Source of the DNA: Candidatus Saccharimonadia bacterium
GTDB lineage: Bacteria; Patescibacteriota; Saccharimonadia; UBA4664; JBIOIQ01
DNA length: 64,000 nt
Direction: 5' to 3'
NCBI GenBank assembly: GCA_044449985.1
Contig: JBIOIQ010000001.1
Coordinates: 280-64,279 of the forward strand
The notes beneath the pieces are model-generated. The model did no database searches, was not told the DNA's origin, and was given only the letters and a program-made list of their open reading frames with translations. The translations under genes and the position numbers were made by a program. This document shows positions 40,482 through 50,694 of this stretch, piece after piece (position 1 is the stretch's first letter; each line of letters starts with the position of its first letter).

Positions 40482-41084
40482 TTAGTTTGCCCCGGTACCG
40501 CTGACGATTGGATAGACTAGAAATCCCGGACAAGCTTGGTCGTTATCAGCTACATCTATAGACGCGGTTTGATTAGGAGGATAGACCCGTAAATTCGTGG
40601 CTGCCGCCGAACATTTTCCGACCGGCAGAACTCCCGGATCAGGAAAACTTAAGATTGCAGAGGCTTCCCCGTTTGGAGCCAACGTGACTGCGGCACCACT
40701 GCTGCCACTTCTGGTAGCAGGTGAACCGAGCTGATTACCGCTCGCGTCAACCAGCGAAACACCAGGGTATCCGACCAGCGTACAGCTGAGCTTTCCGACA
40801 TTGGTCAGTATCAAGTTTTTGTAGGTCGTTCCGGCGGCACTACTAGTGGCTGCGAGACTCGCACTGAGACTCGTAGTTACACAACCTGATATCCCGCTAC
40901 TAGGTGGGGAAGTGGCCGGAGTAGGGCTAGGAGATGTTGTTAAGCTCGAGTTTGAGCTGACCGTTGTCGAAGCGGATCGATTGTGCAGTACCAGAAATAC
41001 TCCAAAAGCGATGGCCGCGAGTACTATGAGCACTAAGACGATTTGGAAGATAACGATATTTCGATTCGAATTTACCGGTTTCAT
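40482..41084 (-). CDS. Secreted DUF4232-like protein with Ser/Thr-rich linker
   Basis: Has a signal anchor, an S/T/P linker and the DUF4232-type L.N.G...C.L.GYPGV motif. Confidence 0.5.
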   Translation of the reverse strand: MKPVNSNRNIVIFQIVLVLIVLAAIAFGVFLVLHNRSASTTVSSNSSLTTSPSPTPATSPPSSGISGCVTTSLSASLAATSSAAGTTYKNLILTNVGKLSCTLVGYPGVSLVDASGNQLGSPATRSGSSGAAVTLAPNGEASAILSFPDPGVLPVGKCSAAATNLRVYPPNQTASIDVADNDQACPGFLVYPIVSGTGAN

Positions 41085-41195
41085 ATAAATATTAGTTCCT
41101 ATATGTGAGACTAATGCTTATGCTACGCTTTCGTCAAGGATTTAGGCAAACGTTACAAATTTTTCACCAGGCATCACTTGATAAGGTAGCTCAAT

Positions 41196-41603
41196 TTACG
41201 GCTTTTTAAGTTGATCGAGTATTTGGGTGATACCTTTTAGTTCTGCCATCTGTTCATCTTGCAAGGTTGCGAGATACGTCAGGGTCTCATGATCAACTTC
41301 TGCTTTCGCATCATTTTGAGCCTGAGTTTTATTTTGTGAACGTTGCAAGGCCGGTAGAGCCCACCATTGGATCCAACTACCCGAGATCACTCCTAAAGTT
41401 ATTTTGACAGAATCCGGAGCATTTAAAGTCAGGAGCGGCACGATTAAGGCGATATCGAATAATATTACCGAGGCGAGTACATGATTGGTAATCCACTCAA
41501 GGACCACGTCGTTGATAAAAAGGGCTTTATTCTCCTTTTTTCGCTTGTTTTTATTTTGTTCTAAGATTTCTTTAGGATGTCGAACATGTTCATGAGTCTT
41601 CAT
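41196..41603 (-). CDS. Small membrane protein (DUF1003-like)
   Basis: 135 aa with two TM helices followed by a coiled-coil tail. Confidence 0.4.
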   Translation of the reverse strand: MKTHEHVRHPKEILEQNKNKRKKENKALFINDVVLEWITNHVLASVILFDIALIVPLLTLNAPDSVKITLGVISGSWIQWWALPALQRSQNKTQAQNDAKAEVDHETLTYLATLQDEQMAELKGITQILDQLKKP

Positions 41604-41675
41604 AAGCCGACTATACCATAAATTCTTGACTCAATTTCATCTCTATTTTCTGGGAGTAGTCTAAAACACTGCCAC

Positions 41676-43160
41676 TCAATAATTTGCAGCGAGAATTGAT
41701 AAATCTGTAATATTTACCACCCCGTCCCCGTTAAAATCACCTTCCGACCAGGTTGCGTTAGTCTTGCCCCAATTAGACGCCAGGATTGAAAGATCAAGAA
41801 TATTCACTACACCATCCCCGTTGGCGTCACCCGGAATTTGGATATTTTTCGATCCTGATATCTCAAGCAGAGTTACATTTGAGCTGGAACTAAAATTGTA
41901 ACTCGTAGCATTGTTGCTTGCTTGAGACGCTAGATTATTAAGATCTGGATGATACTGGGCGACACTCGCACTTTGGGCAAGATTTAGCGTGAGATTTATT
42001 GGACTCGTAGTAATAGCTTGTCTGGTTGTACCATTCCATATATTATCGGCTTCCCAGACCGCCAGCCAGAAAGTCCCATCGCGTTTTTGCAAAAGTACAC
42101 TCGTAGTGGCCGCATCGGTACCAGTTAAACTATAGGTTAAAGCAGCGGGAGTAAATGAAGCCCCGGGGTCACTAAGCAAGCTAATCAGGTTTTCCAATGT
42201 CGTATAAGCTGGGGTCAGGCTCCAATCATCCCTGACTAAACCATACTCCTGCTCTTGAATGGATAACCCGGAATCTGGGAGTTCGTCTAAAAACTCATAG
42301 CCGTATGTTCTTTTTATGCCCAAGCGAAAATTATTAAGAAGCATGCGCGTGTAGTAAGTGGCAAATGTGGGATCACTCACAGGCCAATCCGCCATTGAAC
42401 GCGAGGTAGTAGAATTAAGATCGGCATGATAACCAGTTTCGGTAGCATATAGCGGCTTGTTAGCTGAAATGGTGTTTTGTAAATTCATATTCGCCACAAT
42501 ATTCGATTCAGGATTTCTTCCCCCCGGATAGGGATGGAAATTACCATAATCTAAATAGGAAGACATATCTCCAACTTGAGCGTATGATGCTGACCCTCCT
42601 GTCAGGGTAAAACCGAGAACCGGCACGGAAGAATCATTTGGATCGGCTTTGACTGCTGCATAAAGTGCTTGCTGCTGGGTCTGGGCGATGCTGACCCAAT
42701 TAGTCCAGCCATTGTTATCGACTTCATTCAAGCCTTCAAAAGCATCAGGGATCGGATAATTTTGACTGATCGAGCTGACTATGGCTTGGGCTGTGGTTGA
42801 ACTTGGAATGGGATTAACGATGATGTCTACACCAATTCCATCAGTTTTTAACGAAGCATAAAGCGTCTTTTCTTGGGTAACTCTGGTCGATATCCATGCA
42901 TCTCTAACGTGTCTTACCCCGAGTTGTTGCAACAGGGGAACCCACTGCGACTGTGAGCCGTACTGATCTCCTCCGCCGGTTGCGGCTGAATGAATGTTCA
43001 GTCCAATAGAATCAACGAACGAATCAGAGCTCTTAGCCGTTATGGCGGTTAAATTTGCGGCTTTTGAGTGCCCAATAATCCGATAGCCGATAAGAACTGT
43101 TGCAGCAATTATAAAAATACCGGGAATCCAGACAAATTTATTGGTAGACTGCATAAGCAT
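41676..43160 (-). CDS. Secreted clan GH-A (GH5/GH39-like) glycoside hydrolase with C-terminal tandem dockerin repeats
   Basis: Has a signal peptide, a TIM-barrel region with candidate catalytic glutamates (NEVDN acid/base, TETGYH nucleophile), and a C-terminal DANGDGVVNILDLSILASNWG...DFNGDGVVNITDLSILAANY dockerin pair. Confidence 0.65.
   Translation of the reverse strand: MLMQSTNKFVWIPGIFIIAATVLIGYRIIGHSKAANLTAITAKSSDSFVDSIGLNIHSAATGGGDQYGSQSQWVPLLQQLGVRHVRDAWISTRVTQEKTLYASLKTDGIGVDIIVNPIPSSTTAQAIVSSISQNYPIPDAFEGLNEVDNNGWTNWVSIAQTQQQALYAAVKADPNDSSVPVLGFTLTGGSASYAQVGDMSSYLDYGNFHPYPGGRNPESNIVANMNLQNTISANKPLYATETGYHADLNSTTSRSMADWPVSDPTFATYYTRMLLNNFRLGIKRTYGYEFLDELPDSGLSIQEQEYGLVRDDWSLTPAYTTLENLISLLSDPGASFTPAALTYSLTGTDAATTSVLLQKRDGTFWLAVWEADNIWNGTTRQAITTSPINLTLNLAQSASVAQYHPDLNNLASQASNNATSYNFSSSSNVTLLEISGSKNIQIPGDANGDGVVNILDLSILASNWGKTNATWSEGDFNGDGVVNITDLSILAANY
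41690..41850 (-). repeat. Dockerin-module coding repeat (copy 2)
   Basis: About 80% nucleotide identity to 25546-25706 when reverse-complemented. Confidence 0.6.
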
Positions 43161-43250
43161 AACTAAAGTGTAATAGGCTTTTTTTACTAACCATTACCAA
43201 TTTAACAGAGTTTAGGCTTTTTTACGCTAATTTCAGCCCATATAACCTTT

Positions 43251-45404
43251 TTAGCGTATCAACTTCGGTGCTGTAGGTTGAGTTGGTCGAATGAGTGGAA
43301 TTTCAATACTAAAAGTTGAACCTTTTTCGACTTCACTTTTCACTGTAATCTTCCCATCATGTTCTTTGATGATTAAGTCGGTTAAAAACAAACTGAGTCC
43401 AGCACCTTCATAGTCATAATGCATAAAATTCGTCGCGCGGTGAAATTTATTGAATAAGCTTGGCAGTTCCTTTTTCGCAATACCACTGCCAGTATCACTT
43501 ATTGAAATAACAAGTTTATCATCTCTTACGCTTTGCTCAATAGTAATTTTGCCAACTTTTGTAAACTTAAAGGCATTTTCGATAACGTTTCTGAGAGCAG
43601 TTTGGATTCTAGGTAAATTTCCATTTACTGTGGCGTCGGGACTAGTTTCTTTGACGATCAATGACAGATTACTGGCATTTGCCTGTTTTTTGGCATCAAC
43701 AATGAGTGGTAAGAGTATATCGCTTGCGCGAAGTTGTTGCATCGTTGGTTTTGCGCCGGATTCTATGGCACTAATCGTGAGCAAGTCTTCGACCAATTTA
43801 TTTAATCTCTTACCCGCCATACGTAATGATTCAAGTAGCTCAACTTGGTCATGACCTAACTTCGTAAGCCCAAGAAGTTCAGCTTCACCATTGATAATAG
43901 TTAGCGGTGTCCGGAGATTATGCGAAGCCAGTGCAATAAATTCCGTTTTCATTTGGTCATCGGCGCGCAGTGCCTCATGTGCATCACGTAAATTTTTGGT
44001 TGCACGATCTATTCTTTCTTGTAGCGTTGCATTAAAATTGCCAATTTCTTCATACGCCTGCGCCCCAACAATGGCGACTGCCAGTTGGCTGGCAATGATT
44101 TGCAAGACTGAAATATCTTGGGCCGAGAAAATATCACCAGTCTGTTTTACACCAAGGAGCAAATAACCAACAAATTCCCCACGGGTTTTTAACGGCAATA
44201 GCAGTTGTATCCCATATTCTTCAAGACTCGCGCGCAACGGATCATCAAGTGCAAGTTCATCAGTCAGCAGAAAAGAGTGTTTAAGCTTAATTTTCTTGAG
44301 CTCAATGGCCGCAATTAATTTTTTTGGATGATCACCAACAACTTCGCTAATACCATTCGAATCCGAATTTAAGATCGACACTTGTCCAAAAGTAACTCCA
44401 ATCTCTCGGCAAAGCGAAGACAGAGTATTAGAAAGAAGAGGTTTTAGATGAAGTTCTTCTGCAATCCGCGTCCCAAGATTTCTCAAAACTTCCGGACTCT
44501 CGTACCACCCTGGATCGAAGAAATAGGCCGACCAATGTTCAATTGCCTGAAATAAGGGCTGTAAGATAATGAGTAAGATAAAGGCCGCCCCCGCAATCCC
44601 AAACACCAGAGTAGAAAGCGAATGAGGATAAATTCTTCCTAATTCCCAACTTGTACCGAGTAGTAATACAGCAATTATTCCGAAACCTAGTAAATAGGTA
44701 ATGAGCTTGGTAATGATTAAATGAATATCTGCATATCGATGTCTAATTAACCCGTACCCAATAAAAGCAACAGCCAGCAGTGCCGCCGGACAATCTATTA
44801 AAGGCCCCCCAAGATTAGGATTAACCAATACTAGTACGAAATTGAGAATAATACCGGTCAAAAAAGTGATAGCGATACCGAACGAAGCGTATCTAATCTG
44901 ATTTTTCTCAACCAAGTTCGCTACCTGGTAATTTTGATGAAAATTGTCGAGTGCCAACGCAAACAACAAAAGCGCGAGGATACCATAAAGAATATATCCC
45001 GGACCGGGAACTATCATGAATTGATGGTTTGTATAATTAACTTGCCGAGCGACCAAGTTACTAATCGAGAGCCATCCACCCCCGATAGTAATTAATCCGT
45101 ACATGACATACTGCTTCAGACTGAGCTTATTCTCGAGAGGAAAATAGTGACTAAATACGCAAAGCGCGATGAGGAGCCACAATCCACCGGCATAACTTAA
45201 TCGGGTGGCAAACGTTGCAAGCGACAGATTACCAGGAAGTAGCGAGTAATAATTTGCGGTCGTCCAAAAACTAAATATAAATGATGCGATAAAGAAAGCC
45301 CGGGCTCCCCGAGAATTTCGATTTCTGAGCCAGGCCATCAAACTAATGGCGACAATACTTATCTCGGTAAATGGAATTATTAAATTGATCGAGAACCAAG
45401 ACAC
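43251..45404 (-). CDS. Multi-TM sensor histidine kinase with GAF domain (paralog of 4679-6784)
   Basis: 717 aa with about 8 TM helices, the H-box ALASHNLRTPLTIINGE and G-box GAGLSLFLTDLIIKEHDG. Confidence 0.85.
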   Translation of the reverse strand: MSWFSINLIIPFTEISIVAISLMAWLRNRNSRGARAFFIASFIFSFWTTANYYSLLPGNLSLATFATRLSYAGGLWLLIALCVFSHYFPLENKLSLKQYVMYGLITIGGGWLSISNLVARQVNYTNHQFMIVPGPGYILYGILALLLFALALDNFHQNYQVANLVEKNQIRYASFGIAITFLTGIILNFVLVLVNPNLGGPLIDCPAALLAVAFIGYGLIRHRYADIHLIITKLITYLLGFGIIAVLLLGTSWELGRIYPHSLSTLVFGIAGAAFILLIILQPLFQAIEHWSAYFFDPGWYESPEVLRNLGTRIAEELHLKPLLSNTLSSLCREIGVTFGQVSILNSDSNGISEVVGDHPKKLIAAIELKKIKLKHSFLLTDELALDDPLRASLEEYGIQLLLPLKTRGEFVGYLLLGVKQTGDIFSAQDISVLQIIASQLAVAIVGAQAYEEIGNFNATLQERIDRATKNLRDAHEALRADDQMKTEFIALASHNLRTPLTIINGEAELLGLTKLGHDQVELLESLRMAGKRLNKLVEDLLTISAIESGAKPTMQQLRASDILLPLIVDAKKQANASNLSLIVKETSPDATVNGNLPRIQTALRNVIENAFKFTKVGKITIEQSVRDDKLVISISDTGSGIAKKELPSLFNKFHRATNFMHYDYEGAGLSLFLTDLIIKEHDGKITVKSEVEKGSTFSIEIPLIRPTQPTAPKLIR

Positions 45405-45764
45405 GTTTTATAACCGTTACTTGTTTGAAACTATATCAGTCATTTTGCGGCAAGCATACTAGCCCCCAGAGCAAGTGCGATTATGGGATATTTTGGACGA
45501 GAGTAGGCGCGTAAATTGTCACCGCTTTTGTTTTGCCTTTTTATAAAGTACTTATTATTCTTCGCCTGAGTCCAGGCCCTGTCAATAGTGCTTATGCTCT
45601 TAAAGCTTCTCGATTTCGAAATACGTAGCCGATTTTTTACGTATTTATTTTAAGACATCACGCATGGTCATAATGAAAACTGTAACCATCCTTTAATAGG
45701 TGTGAAGATAATCACAGTATTACGATCTCGTTACGCTATAATTACGTTACAAAGGACATCAAGT

Positions 45765-46646
45765 ATGCAAGCCATTTCTATCAACAATCTCGACAAAAGT
45801 TATGGTAAGAGAAAAGCTCTCAACCATTTAACTTTGGCCGTAGAGATAGGTGAAATTTTCGGTTTCTTGGGTCCAAATGGGGCAGGTAAAACGACTACAA
45901 TCCGATGTCTTATGAATTTTATTCGGCCAGATTCTGGCGAAGTTAGCATTTTTGGTAAAGATGCCCAACACGATTCGGTTCAAGTTAAGAAAGATATTGG
46001 TTTTTTGTCGGCTGATAATCAATTATATGAAAAGTGGAATGCAAATCAACATATAGAATTCCTGGGTTCAATCCGCGGTGGAGAGAATAATGCGAAATCT
46101 CTTCTGGCAAGACTTGACCTTGATCCAAACATGCAACTAAGGCACCTTTCCTCTGGAAATAAACAGAAACTCGGATTAATACTCGCGCTCATGAATAATC
46201 CGAGACTACTGGTACTTGATGAGCCAACAAAAGGACTTGACCCCTTACTCCAAAGCGAGATTTATACCATCTTGCGCGAATACGTTGAGAGGGGAGGGAC
46301 AGTTTTTCTATCCTCACATAACTTAGCCGAAGTGGAACATCTCTGCACAAATGTTGGAGTACTGCGCGAAGGCGAGCTGGTGGCGAGCAAAAGTTTAGCC
46401 GAAATAAGCGCACTTAATATTCATATCGTCTCAATCACCTATCGTCCGCAATCCAAGCCAATCCATCATAATATTGCCGGAGCAGAAATAATCAGCTCAT
46501 CGAAAGATCATTTAGTCTTGAAATTTAAAGGTGATATCAATCCACTTATGCATATGCTGGCAGGACTCGAACTAACTGACATTGAAATTAGCCATGCTCC
46601 ACTTGAAGAGATTTTTATGGAATATTATCGAGGTGAGCCAAGATGA
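45765..46646 (+). CDS. ABC transporter ATP-binding protein (ABC-2 type)
   Basis: Walker A (GPNGAGKTT), signature (LSSGNKQKLGLILAL) and Walker B (LVLDEPT). The start was placed at the internal Met, which is preceded by AAAGGA. The ORF track extends upstream to 45702. Confidence 0.85.
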   Translation: MQAISINNLDKSYGKRKALNHLTLAVEIGEIFGFLGPNGAGKTTTIRCLMNFIRPDSGEVSIFGKDAQHDSVQVKKDIGFLSADNQLYEKWNANQHIEFLGSIRGGENNAKSLLARLDLDPNMQLRHLSSGNKQKLGLILALMNNPRLLVLDEPTKGLDPLLQSEIYTILREYVERGGTVFLSSHNLAEVEHLCTNVGVLREGELVASKSLAEISALNIHIVSITYRPQSKPIHHNIAGAEIISSSKDHLVLKFKGDINPLMHMLAGLELTDIEISHAPLEEIFMEYYRGEPR

Positions 46647-47440
46647 AACTTTACTTTAAAGAATTTAACGGCCGAAAAGTATTCTTAATAGTTTGTTGTG
46701 CGATTATTCTTGCTGCAATTTGGTTATATAGTGCCATGTATCCCTCGATTCAAGCCCAGTCTGCTTCGCTCACAAAAGCGCTTGAGTCGTTTGGACCAGC
46801 CATGAAGGCTTTCGGCGTCTCAAATTTTAGCTTGGATACTTTGCAAAAGTTTCTCGCAATTGAACTCTTTAGTATCACCTGGCCGGTACTGACTATTATC
46901 TTAAGTATTTCGATAGCCGGACAAACTTTAGCGGGCGAGACGGAGAAAGCCACAATCGGAACAATTTTAGCACTGCCGATTTCTAGGACTAAAATAGTCC
47001 TCGCCAAATATTTTTCCGGATTATCCGCAATTACAATTTTTGTAGCAATCTCGACTTTTAGTGCAATTCCTATCGCCACTCTCTATAGGTTCACCTTTCA
47101 ATCGATCAATTTCGTCAATCTAGCAGTACTTTGTCTGCTCTTTAGCTGGGCAATATATAGTGTAGCAATGATGTTCTCGGCGATTTTGAACGAGAAGGGT
47201 CAAGTTTTTATGGTGATGGGTGGAAGTTTACTTTTGATGTACATTGCTAACCTACTTGGAGAGATGAGTAATAAAGTTTCATGGCTGCGATACGTTTCCA
47301 TATTCCACTGGTTCAATGCTTCAGACGTTTTAGTTTCCAATCATGTTAATTTGATGGCTTATCTGATTTACGGAGTAATAATTCTGTTATCGGGAAGTTT
47401 TGGCTTAATCTGGTTTAACCGAAAAGACGTAATTGTCTAA
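46643..47440 (+). CDS. ABC-2 family permease
   Basis: 265 aa with 6 TM helices. It overlaps the ATPase gene by 4 nt. Confidence 0.7.
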   Translation: MKLYFKEFNGRKVFLIVCCAIILAAIWLYSAMYPSIQAQSASLTKALESFGPAMKAFGVSNFSLDTLQKFLAIELFSITWPVLTIILSISIAGQTLAGETEKATIGTILALPISRTKIVLAKYFSGLSAITIFVAISTFSAIPIATLYRFTFQSINFVNLAVLCLLFSWAIYSVAMMFSAILNEKGQVFMVMGGSLLLMYIANLLGEMSNKVSWLRYVSIFHWFNASDVLVSNHVNLMAYLIYGVIILLSGSFGLIWFNRKDVIV

Positions 47441-47649
47441 AAATATAATTACACCATAAAATGATTTTTCGTCAAAAAGAGTAGGGGAGTGCTAAATTTT
47501 ATTTTAGTCTCCCCTTCCCTTGTTAACATACTTGGTAAATTCTTCGTAAAACTGGTATATAAAATTCGAATTTAGAAAAATTCGAATTTGTTAGACCCGA
47601 GTTACCAAACCTCCCTCGAGGTGGGATTAGAACTCCCCTACTTTTAATT

Positions 47650-48150
47650 TTATTTTAAGATTTCCTCTAAGTGATTTCTGGCTTCCGTTAAGATTTCGGA
47701 AGCTTTTTCGCGTTTTTCGTCAGATCCGTCATGCAGAATTTGGCGCGACAAAGAGACAAGCTGCATTAAGGATATTTTAAGCTTAATGACCTTACTCGAC
47801 TTTTTATCGATTGACTCCCATGGAGCTTCAGTGCGCTTATTTTCTGCTTCAGTGCGCCCTAGTTCTGTGATTGTGTAAATTTTTTTACCACCATCTTCCT
47901 TGCCTGATACAAATTCTTGTTCTTCAAGGAGCTGAAGTGTTGGGTATACTGACCCTGGACTCGGTCGCCACATTCCATGACTTTTTTTCTCAAGTTCCTG
48001 AATAATCTCGTACCCGTGCATTGGTTTATCTGCTAGAACTCGTAAAATTATTGGACCGATATCTCCACGTTTAGCTTGCATGCCGTGCCAGCCTCGAAAC
48101 ATACCATGTCCATGCCAATTCTGAGCCCAATCTTCATATTGATCTTTCAT
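47650..48150 (-). CDS. PadR-family transcriptional regulator
   Basis: Winged HTH HGYEIIQELEKKSHGMWRPSPGSVYPTLQLLEEQEFV. The start was set at the Met preceded by AAAGGGGA; the longest ORF extends to 48189. Confidence 0.8.
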   Translation of the reverse strand: MKDQYEDWAQNWHGHGMFRGWHGMQAKRGDIGPIILRVLADKPMHGYEIIQELEKKSHGMWRPSPGSVYPTLQLLEEQEFVSGKEDGGKKIYTITELGRTEAENKRTEAPWESIDKKSSKVIKLKISLMQLVSLSRQILHDGSDEKREKASEILTEARNHLEEILK

Positions 48151-48166
48151 AATTATCCCCTTTCGC

Positions 48167-48211
48167 GATATATCGTGATATATCATCAATTATTATATAC
48201 AGCGATATATT
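48167..48211. promoter_or_regulatory. Candidate PadR operator: three copies of palindromic octamer GATATATC (two tandem, one 7/8)
   Basis: GATATATC at 48167-48174 and again at 48177-48184, separated by 2 nt, with a 7/8 copy (GATATATT) at 48204-48211. These lie immediately upstream of the padR start on its promoter side. Confidence 0.45.
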
Positions 48212-48595
48212 GTACTGTCAAATTCGAAACTTTTATGCAGCCTAAGCTTTCAAAACTATGTTAAAAAATTAGGGTGCATCTCGGCCCCGGGACACTACCC
48301 GGAGCTGAATACTGTTTACTCGAAGGCTCAGTTCGTTGTGAGCTCTTGACTGGCGGCAACGCGCGCTCTTTCGAGGCTAGGCAAGAACCCTGCGTTTTTT
48401 GGGAGTGCAAGTTTTCGTTGTCTGATTAAACAAGTCGTTGTTAAAGATCAAAGCCTAGAGCTTATGTAGAGATTTAAACCTGGAAAATAATTATGTCTAG
48501 TAAATCTCTCAATACGTACTCAAATTTTTAATGCGAGCGAAATTATTTACTGTATTGGTTGACAAGGAATTTTCTTGTGTATACTATTTAACCGT

Positions 48596-48964
48596 ATGGT
48601 TGAATACTTATTTAATCTAGACGCCGTTTTTGGGTCGCTGTCAGATTCTACACGACGTGATATATTGCAACGGGTTGCCCAGAAGCAATTATCTGTCGGT
48701 CAAATCGCTGAGCCTTATGCTATGTCGCTTGCTGCTATTTCGAAACACTTAAAAGTGCTGGAGCGGGCGCGATTAATTATCAAGCGTCGAAGCGGCAATG
48801 AGTATTTTGTGGAACTGGCGCCTCAGGCACTAGCTAGTATCGACACATATTTAAGTCAATACCGAAAGTACTGGGAAGAACGTTTTGAGGCACTTGATTT
48901 AGTTTTAGAACAGGAAAATATCAAGTTAAATAAGGAAGGGAACGATAATGGAAAAAAACACTAA
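48596..48964 (+). CDS. ArsR/SmtB-family transcriptional regulator
   Basis: HTH motif LSVGQIAEPYAMSLAAISKHLKVLERARLI. The start is taken at the internal Met. Confidence 0.75.
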   Translation: MVEYLFNLDAVFGSLSDSTRRDILQRVAQKQLSVGQIAEPYAMSLAAISKHLKVLERARLIIKRRSGNEYFVELAPQALASIDTYLSQYRKYWEERFEALDLVLEQENIKLNKEGNDNGKKH

Positions 48965-49424
48965 GGAGTTAACGATCTCGCGAATATTTGATGCTCCGCG
49001 AGAACTGGTTTTTAAGGCTTGGACCGACCCTGAATTACTGGCTAAATGGTGGGGGCCTCGCGGAGTTACCAATCCAGAATGTGAAGTTGATGCCCAGGTC
49101 GGCGGTGCGATACACATAACCATGCTTGCAGGTGAGGAGCTAGGGCCACTCGCTGGCCAACGTTGGCCCATGAAAGGCACCTTTATTGAGCTGACACCTC
49201 CTGATAGAATCGTTTTTTCTAATCAGGCTGTTGATGAAAACGACAATGTTCTAATTGACGGTATAACGACTGTCATATTTGAGGAGAAAGACAGTAAAAC
49301 TATAATGACTCTGCATGTTATTGCCAGGGGGATTTCTGCTGAATCCCCTCAAATGCTCGCTGGGATGAACCAGGGTTGGAGCGAAAGTATCGATAAATTA
49401 ACAGAATTATTAGAGAAAAGCTAA
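48948..49424 (+). CDS. SRPBCC-superfamily (AHSA1/activator of Hsp90 ATPase-like) protein
   Basis: 158 aa with an IFDAPRELVFKAWTDPELLAKWWGP N-terminus typical of AHSA1 domains. An ArsR and AHSA1 gene pair is common. Confidence 0.7.
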   Translation: MEKNTKELTISRIFDAPRELVFKAWTDPELLAKWWGPRGVTNPECEVDAQVGGAIHITMLAGEELGPLAGQRWPMKGTFIELTPPDRIVFSNQAVDENDNVLIDGITTVIFEEKDSKTIMTLHVIARGISAESPQMLAGMNQGWSESIDKLTELLEKS

Positions 49425-49504
49425 AATGCCTACGGTTACTAAAAAGACTACACTATTACCATATCGATAACCAAAACTTGGATGTCCCAGTTAGGAGAAG
49501 AATA

Positions 49505-50062
49505 ATGTCGTTTCAAGCCTACATTGATACGATAAAAGCAAAGACCGGAAAAACACCTGAGTATTTCTTAGAGCAAGCAAGACAAAAAGGATTTCTAGAA
49601 GACAAGGCTAAGACTTCCGACATAATTAACTGGCTCAAGAAAGATTACGATTTAGGACGTGGACACGCCATGGCGTTGGTTGTGAGCTTTAACAGTGCGA
49701 CCAAACCAAAACAAAGTATTGAAGAAGGCACTGCACAGCACTTTGGCGGAACAAAGACGAAGTGCCGCCAGCCGTTAGATGAATTAGTCAAACAAGTACA
49801 TGGCTTTGGCCCGGAAGTCTCTGTCTGGCCGGGCAGATCATACTTGAGCTTGCAGCGTGAGGGTAAAAAGTTCGCCATAATTCAAATTACAGCAAATAGG
49901 TTCGATATTGGCATCAAGCGCAAAGGCGTGAGCGAGGATAATCGATTTGAGGCTGCTGGAGTCTGGAACAGTATGGTCACGCACCGTGTTCGCATCACAG
50001 AACCAGCGCAAATTGATGCTGAGGTTCTCGATTGGCTCAAGCAAGCATATCTCGCGGCCTAA
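49505..50062 (+). CDS. DUF4287/DUF5655 domain protein
   Basis: Its N-terminus (MSFQAYIDTIKAKTGKTPEYFLEQARQKGF) is typical of DUF4287. A strong AGGAGAAG motif lies upstream of this Met. Confidence 0.5.
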   Translation: MSFQAYIDTIKAKTGKTPEYFLEQARQKGFLEDKAKTSDIINWLKKDYDLGRGHAMALVVSFNSATKPKQSIEEGTAQHFGGTKTKCRQPLDELVKQVHGFGPEVSVWPGRSYLSLQREGKKFAIIQITANRFDIGIKRKGVSEDNRFEAAGVWNSMVTHRVRITEPAQIDAEVLDWLKQAYLAA

Positions 50063-50127
50063 CATTACTAGATATTTCGCAGCTTAGTTCTATAAATACT
50101 TGATTTGGCTGAGGTAGAATAAACAGT

Positions 50128-50682
50128 ATGAAATACTATGTAGTTTTGCTGCGCGGAATCAATGTCGGTGGTAAGAATATCATTCCGATGGCAGCTTTAA
50201 AGAGCTTTCTCGAAGATTTAGGGTTTAAAAATGTTTCGACTTATATCGCCAGCGGAAATGTGATTTTGGCATCCCAAAAAACTCCAAATCAAATTAAGGA
50301 CCTGATTGAAGCTACACTCACTGCCAAATTTAACCTGAGTAGCGATTTAATTAAAGTTTTAGTGCTAAACCGTCAGCAACTAATAGAAGTAGTCGATAAC
50401 AAACCCGAAGGATTTGGCAACAAGCCAGAAAAATATCACAGTGATGTAATTTTTCTGCTTAATATTAACCAGGAACAGGCTCTAGCAGTTTTTAACCCAC
50501 GAGCAGGCGTGGACAAAGTATGGTTAGGAAATGGCGTGATTTACTCACAACGACTGAGTGCCAAGCGGACTCAAAGCCGGCTTAGTCAAATCATGTCATC
50601 AGTTTTATACAAATCAATGTCCATCCGGACCTGGAACACGACAATCAAATTAGTTGAGATGTTACAAGAAAGAGAACACTAA
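50128..50682 (+). CDS. DUF1697 domain protein
   Basis: Carries the N-terminal signature YVVLLRGINVGGKN. Confidence 0.65.
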   Translation: MKYYVVLLRGINVGGKNIIPMAALKSFLEDLGFKNVSTYIASGNVILASQKTPNQIKDLIEATLTAKFNLSSDLIKVLVLNRQQLIEVVDNKPEGFGNKPEKYHSDVIFLLNINQEQALAVFNPRAGVDKVWLGNGVIYSQRLSAKRTQSRLSQIMSSVLYKSMSIRTWNTTIKLVEMLQEREH

Positions 50683-50694
50683 CAATTAAGTGAG

